DNA from: Vulcanimicrobiales bacterium
Lineage (GTDB): Bacteria > Vulcanimicrobiota > Vulcanimicrobiia > Vulcanimicrobiales > Vulcanimicrobiaceae
Assembly (NCBI GenBank): GCA_038231455.1
Contig: JBBRLI010000016.1
Coordinates: forward strand, 1-64,000
DNA length: 64,000 nt
Direction: 5' to 3'
Shown here piece after piece: positions 47,838 to 57,758 of this stretch. The position numbers and the translations under genes are program-made. How positions within the stretch are numbered: position 1 is the stretch's first letter; each line of letters starts with the position of its first letter. The notes under the pieces were generated by a model. The model was not told the origin of the DNA. It made no database searches and saw only the letters and a list, made by a program, of their open reading frames with translations.

Positions 47838-48072
47838 CCGGCTGCATTGGTTGCAGCGGAGCGACAGAGCGCGTTCCGTGATCGTCTGAGGCGGTCCTGC
47901 CGTACGAGTGAGCATGCGTTCGTGTGGCTTCGACGAGCGCGAAGCGAATCACCGCGCGCTCGCCAAATTCTCACATCACAGTGTGGGGAGGGCCCGGTTG
48001 CCAACGTTTCGCAGCGCTCGCTCGTTTTTCTGGGTAGAGGTCGAATCGAAGACGACCCATTCCGGAGGATTC

Positions 48073-48876
48073 ATGAAACGTACCATCGCGACACTGGCAG
48101 CCCTAGCACTGTGCCTGGGGGCCGCCGTTCCGGCTCTCGCCGACCAGCAAGAAGACCAAATCGGTCAGCAAGTCTACCAAGAACTTGCGCAAAAAGGCGA
48201 GATCATCCATTCGTCGCCGTTCTATTCGACGCTCAATCCGATCGCAACGCAAATTAAGCGCGTCGCTGACCGGCAATATGACCGGCCGTTCACGTTCATT
48301 CTCGTCCACGAGAAATCGCCGAATGCGTTCGCCGTTCCGGGCGGCAACGTGTATGTAACCGATTCGCTGATGACGTTCGTGAAGAACCGCGAAGAACTCG
48401 CGGGCGTGCTCTGTCATGAGACCTCACATACGATCCATCACGACGTCATTCACAACATGAAGAAAGATCAGAACCTCGCAATCGGCGCGACGATCCTCTC
48501 CGTCTTGCTCGGTGGCCAGAAAAACGGCTATGTGAACGGCGGTATCAACATGCTCGCCGGCCTCAAGGCAAACGATTATTCGCGCGAAGTTGAAACCGCG
48601 GCCGATCACAAAGGTGCTGAAACGTGCGCCGCGGCCGGGTCGAATCCGTGGGGCATGGTCTGGCTCTTCCAACAGTTTGAAAAAGCCAGCAGCGGGGGCT
48701 CGATGGAGATGCTCTCCGACCATCCGACCGATGACCATCGCATCGAAGACCTCCAATCGGAGTTCAAAAACAACCCGCGGTTGTTCGGACACTACGATCC
48801 GGACATCAGCTCGGCTACGCCGCTCCATCTTGCCAGCCGACTCTCAGCCTCAAAGGCGCGCGTCGCCGTTCGGTAG
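48073..48876 (+). CDS. secreted M48-family metallopeptidase
   Basis: GGAGG RBS, signal peptide, PNAFAVPGG, HETSH, YSREVETAAD and SDHP. Confidence 0.92.
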   Translation: MKRTIATLAALALCLGAAVPALADQQEDQIGQQVYQELAQKGEIIHSSPFYSTLNPIATQIKRVADRQYDRPFTFILVHEKSPNAFAVPGGNVYVTDSLMTFVKNREELAGVLCHETSHTIHHDVIHNMKKDQNLAIGATILSVLLGGQKNGYVNGGINMLAGLKANDYSREVETAADHKGAETCAAAGSNPWGMVWLFQQFEKASSGGSMEMLSDHPTDDHRIEDLQSEFKNNPRLFGHYDPDISSATPLHLASRLSASKARVAVR

Positions 48877-48895
48877 GACCTGCGTTCGGTAGACG

Positions 48896-48924
48896 AAAAA
48901 GCCCGGTGATCCCGGGCTTTTTTT
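48896..48924 (+). terminator. intrinsic terminator
   Basis: AAAAAGCCCGG-TGATC-CCGGGCTTTTTTT. Confidence 0.85.
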
Positions 48925-48947
48925 GTTGTCTTGCTAAGGAGTGCGCT

Positions 48948-51020
48948 ACGAGCATCCGTTCTTCGTTCATCCGTTTTGGGGCCGCGGTTTCTGCAGCCGC
49001 CCTGCTCGCATTTGCCGGCACGAGCGCCACGCGCGCGACCGGCATTCCGGGGCCGCTCGCCGCACCCGCCTTTGACACGGCCAACCTCGACGTGAGGTGT
49101 CCGGCGTGCAAAGACTTCTTTCAATACGCAACCGGCGGATGGCGCGCGAAAAACCCGATTCCGCCAGAGTATTCGTCGTGGGGCCGCTTCTCGACCACGT
49201 ACGAAGCAAATCAAGCGGTCCTCCACGCAATCCTCGAGAGCGCGGCGGTCGACTCCGTCGCAGCACCGGGATCGACAACGCAGAAAATCGGCACGTTTTA
49301 TAAAACGTGCATGGATACCGAGGCGATCGAGAAGCATGGTCTGGGCGGCATCGCCGAACCGCTCGCGGCCATCGACCGCATTGCGACGCGCGCCGCCGTT
49401 CAGCGTACGATCGAACGCCTGCAGCCGCTGGGAGTGAACGCGGTCTTTGCGTTCGGCTCGGCGCAAGATGCGAAAAACAGCACGCGCGTCATCGGTGAGA
49501 TCGACCAAGGTGGCCTCGGACTTCCCGACCGCGATTATTACACCAAAACCGATGCAGCGAGCGTCAAACTACGCACGCAGTATGCTGCGCACGTCGCCAA
49601 AATTCTTCATCTCTTGGGCCAGAGCGACGCGCAAAGCACTGCCGATGCACGCGCGATCGTGGCACTCGAGACCACGTTTGCGCGCGCGCAATTGACCAAC
49701 GTCCAGTTGCGCGATCCGAATGCCAGCTACCATCTCTCGACGGTCGCAGCGATGCGCCGCGTCGCCCCCGATGTGAACTGGCCCGAATATTTCTCCGCGG
49801 TTGGCGCACCGAAGATGGCGCAGCTCAACATCGCGGAGCCCGGGTATCTTGGGGCCGTGAGTACGCTTCTCGCAAGCGAACCGCTCCCCGTCTGGCGCGC
49901 GTATCTGCGCTTTCACACGGTCGATGCCTTCGCGGCCTCGCTGCCAAAAACGTTCGCCGATGAGAACTTCGATTTCAACGAACGCATTCTCCAGGGAACG
50001 AAAAAACAACGCCCGCGCTGGAAGCGTTGCACCGCTGCGACCGACGCGTATCTCGGCGAAGCGCTGGGGCAAGTTTACGTCGCCAAAGCCTTCCCGCCCG
50101 CTGCGAACAAACGCGCGCACGAACTCGTCGAGAATCTTCAGGCGACGCTGCATGACGATATCAGCACGCTTGCCTGGATGTCGCCTGCAACCAAAACGTA
50201 CGCGCACAAGAAACTCGCCGCATACGCAAAGAAAATCGGCTACCCGAAAAAGTGGATCGACTACTCGACCTACCACGTCGGGGACGATTCCTACGCGGCC
50301 AACACCGAACGCGGCCGCGCTTTTGGTTGGAAGCGGGATCTTGCAAAGATCGGTCGTCCGCTCGATCGCGGCGCCTTCGGCATGAGTCCGCCCACGGTGA
50401 ATGCCTACTATAATCCGCAGCTCAACGAGATCGTGTTCCCGGCCGGGATCCTGCAGCCGCCGTTCTTCAACGAGAATGCCGACGATGCGATCAATTACGG
50501 CGCGATCGGCGCCGTCATCGGGCACGAAATGAGCCACGGCTTCGACGATCAGGGCCGCCAATACGACGCCGTCGGCAACTTGACCGACTGGTGGACCAAG
50601 AGCGATGCGGTGAAATTCGCGGCCCGCGCGAACTGCATCGTGAAACAAGCCGACAACTACGTCGTCCTACCGGGTGTGCACGAAACCGGAAAGCTCGTGC
50701 AAGGCGAGGCCATCGCGGACCTCGGCGGTCTTACGATCGCGTATAAGGCCTACGAACGCTCGCTGCGCGGTAAACCGCATCCCGCCCCGATCGACGGTCT
50801 CACCGCCGAACAGCGGTTCTTCATCGGCTGGGCGCAAGTCTGGGCCGAAACCGACCGACCCGAAAACACCAAACTACTCGTCAACACCGATCCCCACCCG
50901 GCACCGTCGTTCCGCGTCAACGCGACCGTATCGAACATGCCGGAATTTGCCAAAGCGTTCTCGTGTGATGCGAAGAGCGCGATGGTCCGCCCCGCCTCGC
51001 AACGCTGCGAGATCTGGTAA
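48948..51020 (+). CDS. M13 (neprilysin/PepO-like) metallopeptidase, paralog 1 (probable ACG start)
   Basis: VNAYY, HEMSH, GEAIADLGG and C-terminal CEIW; signal peptide. Confidence 0.93.
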   Translation, partial: TSIRSSFIRFGAAVSAAALLAFAGTSATRATGIPGPLAAPAFDTANLDVRCPACKDFFQYATGGWRAKNPIPPEYSSWGRFSTTYEANQAVLHAILESAAVDSVAAPGSTTQKIGTFYKTCMDTEAIEKHGLGGIAEPLAAIDRIATRAAVQRTIERLQPLGVNAVFAFGSAQDAKNSTRVIGEIDQGGLGLPDRDYYTKTDAASVKLRTQYAAHVAKILHLLGQSDAQSTADARAIVALETTFARAQLTNVQLRDPNASYHLSTVAAMRRVAPDVNWPEYFSAVGAPKMAQLNIAEPGYLGAVSTLLASEPLPVWRAYLRFHTVDAFAASLPKTFADENFDFNERILQGTKKQRPRWKRCTAATDAYLGEALGQVYVAKAFPPAANKRAHELVENLQATLHDDISTLAWMSPATKTYAHKKLAAYAKKIGYPKKWIDYSTYHVGDDSYAANTERGRAFGWKRDLAKIGRPLDRGAFGMSPPTVNAYYNPQLNEIVFPAGILQPPFFNENADDAINYGAIGAVIGHEMSHGFDDQGRQYDAVGNLTDWWTKSDAVKFAARANCIVKQADNYVVLPGVHETGKLVQGEAIADLGGLTIAYKAYERSLRGKPHPAPIDGLTAEQRFFIGWAQVWAETDRPENTKLLVNTDPHPAPSFRVNATVSNMPEFAKAFSCDAKSAMVRPASQRCEIW

Positions 51021-51029
51021 GGAGTACCC

Positions 51030-53093
51030 GTGCGATCCAGTCTTCTTCTTCGTTCCATCGGTGTTGCGGCGCTCAGCGCGCTTGCGTTCACCGCCGTCTA
51101 TCACGGCCCGCTTCCCGTCGGCGCATCCTCGGGTGTGCCGGCAGCAACGGCCGGCATCAATAAAGCGAATTTCGATCCCACGTGTAAGGCGTGCGATGAT
51201 TTCTATCAGTTCGTCAACGGCGGCTGGATCGCAAGTCACGAAATTCCGGCGAAATACGGCGCATACGGCTCGCTCACGGCGATGTCGGAACGCAATCGCG
51301 ACGTCGTCCACGAAACACTCGAAGCTGCCGCGAAAAATACGTCCGCTGCGGCCGGAACGAACGAGCAAAAAGTCGGCGCGTTCTACCGATCGTGCATGAA
51401 CGAGCCCGCGATCGAAGCCGCCGGCATCACGCCGCTACAGCCGGAACTGGCAAAGATCGACGCGATATCCGATGTTAATTCGCTTGTTCTCGAGTCGGCG
51501 CACTTGCGCACGATCGGCGTCGGCACGCTCTTCAATTCCGGCTCAACGCAAGACGACAAAGATTCGAGCAAACAGATCGCCGAGGTAAGCCAAGGCGGCC
51601 TGAGCCTCAACCGCGACTACTATACGGGCGACGATGACAAATCAAAAGACATTCGTGCCAAGTACGTTACCTACGTCTCAACGCAGTTTTCGAATCTCGG
51701 CGACGATCCGGCAAAGGCCTCAGCCGAAGCACAAAGTGTGTTAACGACGGAAACCGCAATCGCCCAGTACACGCTGCGCCGGGTCGAATTACGCGATCCT
51801 GCACTCAGCTATCACCCGATGCCGCTTGCAGACTTGCAGGCGATGGCTCCGGCGATCGACTTCACGGCCTACTTTGCCGCTGAAGGCGCACCGGCGTTCG
51901 CTTCACTCAATAACGCACACCCGAATTTCATGAAAGGGTTGAACGCACAACTCGCTTCCGAGTCGATTGCCGACTGGAAGACGTACATGCGCTTCAAACT
52001 CGTCGACTCGTATACCGGCTCGTTGCCGAAGAAATTCGTCGATGCCAACTTCGCCTTCCGCGGCGTCGAGCTCGGTGGTGCAAAAGAACTGCCCCCGCGT
52101 TGGGAACGCTGCGTAGCGGCAACGGACCGCGTCCTAGGCGAGGCGATCGGTCAGGCTTATGTCGCACGCAATTTTTCGCCGGTCGCCAAAGCCAAGGCCC
52201 TCGCACTCGTGAATAACTTGCAGTCGACGCTTGCCGCCGACATCAAGACGCTGCCGTGGATGAGTTCGCCGACGCAAGCCTACGCCGAAAAGAAACTTAC
52301 CGCATTCACAAAGAAAATCGGCTATCCGGACAAGTGGAAATCGTATTCAAAGCTCTCCGTCAGCGATGTTCCCTATGCGACGAACGCTATGGCCGCCAGC
52401 AGATTCTTCTGGAACGACGACGTCACACGTATTGGCAAACCGGTCGATCGCGCCGAATGGGGTATGACACCGCCGACGGTCAACGCGTACTACAACCCCG
52501 CCAACAACGAAATCGTCTTCCCCGCGGGCATTCTCCAGACACCATTCTTTAGTGAGAAAAATGACGACGCGCTCAACTATGGTGCCGCGGGCGCGGTGAT
52601 CGGGCACGAAATGACACACGGCTTTGACGATCAAGGCCGCCAGTACGACGCGACCGGAAACCGTATCGAGTGGTGGACCGCTGCGGATACCAAGAACTTC
52701 GATGCACGTAAAGATTGCATCGTGAGCGAGTACGACGCATTCGGCACCGCACCCGACGCACACGAAGACGGCAAGCTCGTCACCGGTGAAGCGATTGCTG
52801 ATCTCGGCGGCTTGACGATCGCATACAAAGCCTTCAAAAAGACGCCCGAATACAAATCGCACAAAATGATCGATGGATATACGCCCGAGCAGCGCTTCTT
52901 CATCGCCTTTGCGACCGTCTGGCAGCAAAAGGCAACCGACAAGGCCGAGCGAGCGCAGATGAAAACCAACGAACATCCGCTCAATAAATTCCGCGTGATC
53001 GGCACGCTCGTCAACATGCCCGAATTTGCTGCGGCGTTCAAATGCGCCGCCACCGACAAGATGGTCAAAAAAGACCGCTGTCAGATCTGGTAG
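51030..53093 (+). CDS. M13 metallopeptidase, paralog 2
   Basis: AAGGAG RBS; VNAYY, HEMTH, GEAIADLGG and CQIW. Confidence 0.95.
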   Translation: MRSSLLLRSIGVAALSALAFTAVYHGPLPVGASSGVPAATAGINKANFDPTCKACDDFYQFVNGGWIASHEIPAKYGAYGSLTAMSERNRDVVHETLEAAAKNTSAAAGTNEQKVGAFYRSCMNEPAIEAAGITPLQPELAKIDAISDVNSLVLESAHLRTIGVGTLFNSGSTQDDKDSSKQIAEVSQGGLSLNRDYYTGDDDKSKDIRAKYVTYVSTQFSNLGDDPAKASAEAQSVLTTETAIAQYTLRRVELRDPALSYHPMPLADLQAMAPAIDFTAYFAAEGAPAFASLNNAHPNFMKGLNAQLASESIADWKTYMRFKLVDSYTGSLPKKFVDANFAFRGVELGGAKELPPRWERCVAATDRVLGEAIGQAYVARNFSPVAKAKALALVNNLQSTLAADIKTLPWMSSPTQAYAEKKLTAFTKKIGYPDKWKSYSKLSVSDVPYATNAMAASRFFWNDDVTRIGKPVDRAEWGMTPPTVNAYYNPANNEIVFPAGILQTPFFSEKNDDALNYGAAGAVIGHEMTHGFDDQGRQYDATGNRIEWWTAADTKNFDARKDCIVSEYDAFGTAPDAHEDGKLVTGEAIADLGGLTIAYKAFKKTPEYKSHKMIDGYTPEQRFFIAFATVWQQKATDKAERAQMKTNEHPLNKFRVIGTLVNMPEFAAAFKCAATDKMVKKDRCQIW

Positions 53094-53098
53094 GACCG

Positions 53099-55216
53099 AT
53101 GCTTCGTACACCACTCGCACGATTCGGTGCGGCCCTGGTTCTTGTCGGCGGGCTCGTGCTCGCCGACAAGGTCCACGCTGCAACCGGGACTGACCCCAAG
53201 ACCGGCGCCGTCGAACCGGGCTCATCGCTTGCGATGACCTCGGCCAAACACGGCTTCGATCTCTCCCAACTCAACCCGGTCATCAACGCCTGCGCTAATT
53301 TCTATCAGTACGCGCAAGGCGGCTACCTCAAGACGCATCCGACGACACCCTCAAAATCCAGCGTCGGTCAATTTGCCGATCTTGCCGACCGCAATCTTAC
53401 CGTCGTCCATGCGATCCTCGATGAAGCCGCGGCAATGCCGAATGCAAAATCCGGTTCGCCCGAACAAAAAATCGGCGATGTGTACGCATCGTGCATGAAC
53501 ACTGCCGCGCGCGACGCTGCCGGCATCGCGCCGATCAAATCACTGCTCGACATCGCCTCGAGCGTAAAGTCCGCAGCGGATCTTCCCGGCGCGGTCGCGA
53601 CGCTGGCGAATAACGGCGTCGGCTCGTTTTTTAATGCTGGCGGATCGACCGATCCCAAAGACTCGAATAAGGTCATCGCGCAGATCGGTCAGGGTGGCCT
53701 GGGTCTGCCCGAACGCAATTACTATCTTGCAACCGACGACCAATCCGTCAAGACGCGCGATGCGTACGTCGCGCACGTCGCGCGTACGTTCGTCCTCATC
53801 GGTGACGATGCAGCGACCGCTGACAAAGAAGCCAAGAGCACGATGGCGATTGAAACGGCGCTAGCGACGGCATCGAAAAAGAATACGGAACTTCGCGATC
53901 CCCTCGCACGTGTCAATCCAACGACCGTCGCGGACCTTGCGACGCTCACGCCGCACTTCGATTGGGTCACTTATTTTAAGGTTCGCGGGACGCCTGCGTT
54001 CACGACCCTCAACGACGTGACCCCGAGCTTCTTCCAAAGCGAAGACATCCTGCTCGCCTCCGCCTCGGGCGAGGATCTGCGCAGTTATCTGCGCTGGCGC
54101 GTCATCGACCGCTACGCACCCACACTCACGACGGCGCTCGAGACCGAAGCCTTCTCCTTTAGCGGCACCGTTCTCTCGGGAACCAAGGAACAGCGGCCGC
54201 AGTGGGAACGCTGCGCTCGCACGACGGATGGCATGCTCGGCGAAGCACTCGGCCAAGAGTACGTCAAACGCAATTTCCCGCCGGCGTCGCGTGCTCGCGC
54301 GCAGCAGCTCGTGAAAAACGTAATCGCGGCGCTTCGCGAAGACCTCACAACGCTTGACTGGATGAGTCCCGCGACGCGGACCGAGTCGATCGCCAAGCTC
54401 GATGCAATCGGCGTCAAGATCGGTTATCCCGACAAATGGAAAGCCTACGCGGATCTACCCGTAAGCCGAGCATCCTTTGCGGGCAATGTCATCCTTGCCG
54501 CGAGCGTCAACAGCAAGCACAACCTCGAACGGATCGGCGGGAGCCCGGATAAAGCCGAGTTCAGCATGACGCCGCCAACCGTGAATGCACGCTACAGCCC
54601 GAGCCTCAACGACATTCTCTTTCCCGCCGGCATCCTGCAACCGCCGTTCTTCAATCCGGCGGCCGACGATGCCATCAATTACGGCGGAATCGGCGCCGTG
54701 ATCGGTCACGAAATGACGCACGGGTTCGATGATTCCGGTCGTCACTACGACGGAGCGGGTAACTTGCGCGACTGGTGGACCGCGGCCGATGCCGAGGCTT
54801 ACACGAAGCGTGCGACATGCGTGAGCGACCAATTCGACTCGTATGTTGCGGTGAAGAACCCCGACGGAACCGATCTGCACGAAAACGGCAAGCTCGTGCT
54901 TGGCGAATCAATCGCGGATCTCGGCGGCATGACCGTCGCCTACAAAGCGTTTCTCAAGACGCCCGAAGCAAAAGCCAATCAAAAAATCGACGGCTTCACG
55001 CCAGAGCAACGCTTCTTCCTTGGCTACGCGCAAATCTGGGGCGCGAACCAAACGTACGAAGCTGCCCGCTCGCGGACGCTTACCGATCCCCATCCCCTCA
55101 ACAACTGGCGCGTGATTGCTCCGCTTTCGAATACCCCGGCGTTCGCGCAGGCGTACTCGTGCAAAGCGGGCGACATGATGGTGCGTCCCGCAAGCCAGCG
55201 CTGCCAGATCTGGTAG
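53099..55216 (+). CDS. M13 metallopeptidase, paralog 3
   Basis: ATG 53099, signal peptide; VNARY, HEMTH, GESIADLGG and CQIW. Confidence 0.95.
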   Translation: MLRTPLARFGAALVLVGGLVLADKVHAATGTDPKTGAVEPGSSLAMTSAKHGFDLSQLNPVINACANFYQYAQGGYLKTHPTTPSKSSVGQFADLADRNLTVVHAILDEAAAMPNAKSGSPEQKIGDVYASCMNTAARDAAGIAPIKSLLDIASSVKSAADLPGAVATLANNGVGSFFNAGGSTDPKDSNKVIAQIGQGGLGLPERNYYLATDDQSVKTRDAYVAHVARTFVLIGDDAATADKEAKSTMAIETALATASKKNTELRDPLARVNPTTVADLATLTPHFDWVTYFKVRGTPAFTTLNDVTPSFFQSEDILLASASGEDLRSYLRWRVIDRYAPTLTTALETEAFSFSGTVLSGTKEQRPQWERCARTTDGMLGEALGQEYVKRNFPPASRARAQQLVKNVIAALREDLTTLDWMSPATRTESIAKLDAIGVKIGYPDKWKAYADLPVSRASFAGNVILAASVNSKHNLERIGGSPDKAEFSMTPPTVNARYSPSLNDILFPAGILQPPFFNPAADDAINYGGIGAVIGHEMTHGFDDSGRHYDGAGNLRDWWTAADAEAYTKRATCVSDQFDSYVAVKNPDGTDLHENGKLVLGESIADLGGMTVAYKAFLKTPEAKANQKIDGFTPEQRFFLGYAQIWGANQTYEAARSRTLTDPHPLNNWRVIAPLSNTPAFAQAYSCKAGDMMVRPASQRCQIW

Positions 55217-55232
55217 CGATGGACCGGTGAAG

Positions 55233-55269
55233 AAAAAGGCGCTCCCTCATCTCGAGGGCGCGCCTTTTT
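55233..55269 (+). terminator. intrinsic terminator
   Basis: AAAAAGGCGC...GCGCCTTTTT stem-loop after the M13 cluster. Confidence 0.8.
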
Positions 55270-55343
55270 CTTCTTGATTCGCGCAACTCGAATACGGATC
55301 GCGAAGTACGTAGCCGTACGACGCACCTGTTGGGAGAACTCAA

Positions 55344-55493
55344 GTGGCTATCATTGACGAACGCGAGATCGAACTCAAGAAAATTGCCGTCCAACTGACG
55401 GCTAGCATGCTCGACAATCATAACGGTGACTGGGATGATACGGAGACGGCAGCAGCGTTCCGCGTCATCTACGATGCGATCAAGAACGCCTAG
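55344..55493 (+). CDS. 49-aa small protein (below the ORF-track cutoff)
   Basis: GGGAGA RBS and GTG start; MAIIDEREIELKKIAVQLTASMLDNHNGDWDDTETAAAFRVIYDAIKNA*. Its stop abuts the next ATG. Confidence 0.65.
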   Translation: MAIIDEREIELKKIAVQLTASMLDNHNGDWDDTETAAAFRVIYDAIKNA

Positions 55494-56402
55494 ATGCATC
55501 TGAAGCGCACGCAGACCCACGGCGTTTGGGACCATTCCATCCCGCCGGTCATTCGTATCGCACCCGGCGATACGATCGAGGTCGAACTCGAAAACGCATC
55601 GGGAGGGCAACTTGCCGCCGATTCGCCTGCAAGCGCTCTTGCGACGCTGGACTTTGGGCGGATCAATCCGGTCACGGGCCCGATCTTTGTCGATGGAGCG
55701 AAGCCGGGCGACGCGCTCGTCGTCGAAATTCTCTCGCTCGATGTCGATGCGTGGGGCTGGACGGCCAACATTCCCGGGTTCGGACTTCTCGCAGATCGAT
55801 TCACCGAGCCGGCCTTGCGCGTCTCGCGGATCGCAAACGGCTCGATCGCCCTGTTCACGGGAATGACGTTGCCGAGTGTGCCGATGATCGGAACGATCGG
55901 CGTCGCGCCCGCCGAAGCGGGGGCATACTCCGTCGTCCCGCCGACGAAATACGGCGGCAATATGGATATTCGCCATGTCGGCGCTGGCGCGACTCTCTAT
56001 TTGCCGGTTGCCGTCGACGGCGCGCTACTCTCACTCGGCGATGGGCATGCCGCACAAGGCGACGGCGAAGTCTGCGGAACCGCGATCGAAACGACGAGCG
56101 TCGCGACGCTCCGCATCTCGATCAACCGCGGCCGCCACTTGCCCGCGCCGATGGTTCTCACCGATCCGCGCTCCCAGCGCACCGGACGCGCGTTTGCGAC
56201 GACCGGTATCGGTCCCGATCTCCATGCGGCCGCACGCGATGCTACAAGCGCCATGATCGCGGAGATCGCAAGCCGCACGAAACTCTCGGAGATCGACGCC
56301 TATCTGCTCGCGAGCGTTGCGGGTGATTTGAAAATCAGCGAGATCGTCGACGTTCCAAATTGGGTCGTCTCCTTACACATCGACGCAGCACTGCTCGCGT
56401 GA
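55494..56402 (+). CDS. acetamidase/formamidase family protein
   Basis: NPVTGPIFVDGAKPGD, GGNMD and GDGHAAQGDGEVCGTAIE. Confidence 0.93.
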   Translation: MHLKRTQTHGVWDHSIPPVIRIAPGDTIEVELENASGGQLAADSPASALATLDFGRINPVTGPIFVDGAKPGDALVVEILSLDVDAWGWTANIPGFGLLADRFTEPALRVSRIANGSIALFTGMTLPSVPMIGTIGVAPAEAGAYSVVPPTKYGGNMDIRHVGAGATLYLPVAVDGALLSLGDGHAAQGDGEVCGTAIETTSVATLRISINRGRHLPAPMVLTDPRSQRTGRAFATTGIGPDLHAAARDATSAMIAEIASRTKLSEIDAYLLASVAGDLKISEIVDVPNWVVSLHIDAALLA

Positions 56403-57754
56403 ACGAACCCGTCCTTCGTCGCGCGCTCGGTGTCGTCGAAACCGCGGGCATCTCCGTTGCGATGATGGCGCCAACGGCAGCAATGGCGCTGAACGGCGCG
56501 CTCGCCGCGCAGTATGCCGGCGCTGCCGTGCCACTTGCTTTCGTGCTGGCCTTTGCGATCGTCGCTTGCGTTGCATTCGCGTTCGTCACGTTCGCCCGCG
56601 TCTATGCAAGCCCGGCCTCGGTCGGCGAATTCAACGCACGCGGCATCGGACCGCTCGCGGGGCGCCTTTCCGGCTGGACGCTCGTCTTCGCCTATCTTCT
56701 GTTCACCGGGGGATCGGCGGCGGAATTCGGTGCATTTGCATCATCAGCATTCGCACTCGCCGGCTGGGCGTGGCTTCCGCTCGCCCTTGCGTGCATCGCC
56801 GTTTGCGGTTACGTCGGAACGCGACCGGCGCGCACGTCTTCACGCACGATGCTCCTCATCGAAGGACTCTCCGTTGCCGCGATCGTCGTCCTATCGATCG
56901 TGATTCTCGTCCGCGGCGGCGCGCACGGTGTCTCGTTTGCGCCGTTCGTTCCCAAGTCAAATGCGCTCGCAGGACTGGGACTTGCAACCGTGTTTTCGTT
57001 ACTCTCGTTTGCGGGCTTCGAAGGGGCTGCGGTTTTGGGAGCAGAGTCGCTCGATCCGACGCGCACGATTCCTCGTGCGTTGATCGGAAGTATTCTGCTC
57101 GCGGGACTTCTCTACGTCTTTATCGCGTTCGCGCAATCGATCGGCTTTGGTCTCGACCCAAAAGGGGTCGCCGCGTTTGCCGCATCCGCCTCTCCACTCG
57201 GCGATCTCGCTACGCGGTATACGAACGGGACGGTTGCATCACTCGTGATGGTTGGTGCGGCGATTTCCGCGTTTGCTGCGACCCTGGCCTCCGCGACGGC
57301 GGGGGCGCGTCTACTCTATGCATTTGCAAAAGACGGGCGTCTCGATAAGCGACTCGCCCACGTTTCCGGAACGAGCGGAACGCCGACCACCGCCTATACG
57401 ATCGTGCTCGTTATCGGAGCGATAACCGCCGCGGGATTTGGAATCGCACGCATCAGCGGAACCGATACGTTCGCAGCCTGCGGAACGATCGCAACGCTCG
57501 CACTGATCCTCATTTACGCAACCGTGCAAATCGCGGCGCTCCGTCTCTTCGCGCCGCAATGGATGCTCTGGCAACGGGCGATTCCCATCACTGCGTTCAT
57601 GGCGCTCATCGCAACGTTTGTCGCGAACGTTTTTCCTCTGCCGACCGGGCCGGCGGCGTTCTATCCGTATCTTGTGGTCGCGTGGATTGCCCTTGGACTC
57701 GTCGTCCTCCGCGGTCGCAGCATCCCTGCGGCCGATGCGTCCTCGGTATCCTAA
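56399..57754 (+). CDS. APC-family amino acid/amine permease
   Basis: About 12 TM helices with LSFAGFEGAAVLGAES. Confidence 0.9.
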   Translation: MNEPVLRRALGVVETAGISVAMMAPTAAMALNGALAAQYAGAAVPLAFVLAFAIVACVAFAFVTFARVYASPASVGEFNARGIGPLAGRLSGWTLVFAYLLFTGGSAAEFGAFASSAFALAGWAWLPLALACIAVCGYVGTRPARTSSRTMLLIEGLSVAAIVVLSIVILVRGGAHGVSFAPFVPKSNALAGLGLATVFSLLSFAGFEGAAVLGAESLDPTRTIPRALIGSILLAGLLYVFIAFAQSIGFGLDPKGVAAFAASASPLGDLATRYTNGTVASLVMVGAAISAFAATLASATAGARLLYAFAKDGRLDKRLAHVSGTSGTPTTAYTIVLVIGAITAAGFGIARISGTDTFAACGTIATLALILIYATVQIAALRLFAPQWMLWQRAIPITAFMALIATFVANVFPLPTGPAAFYPYLVVAWIALGLVVLRGRSIPAADASSVS

Positions 57755-57758
57755 GCCG

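Noticed and set aside
55270-55343. Possible guanidine or amine riboswitch before the amidase-permease operon
   Set aside because: Only short hairpins (TTCGCG/CGCGAA, GTACG/CGTAC); no ykkC, mini-ykkC or ykkC-III consensus.
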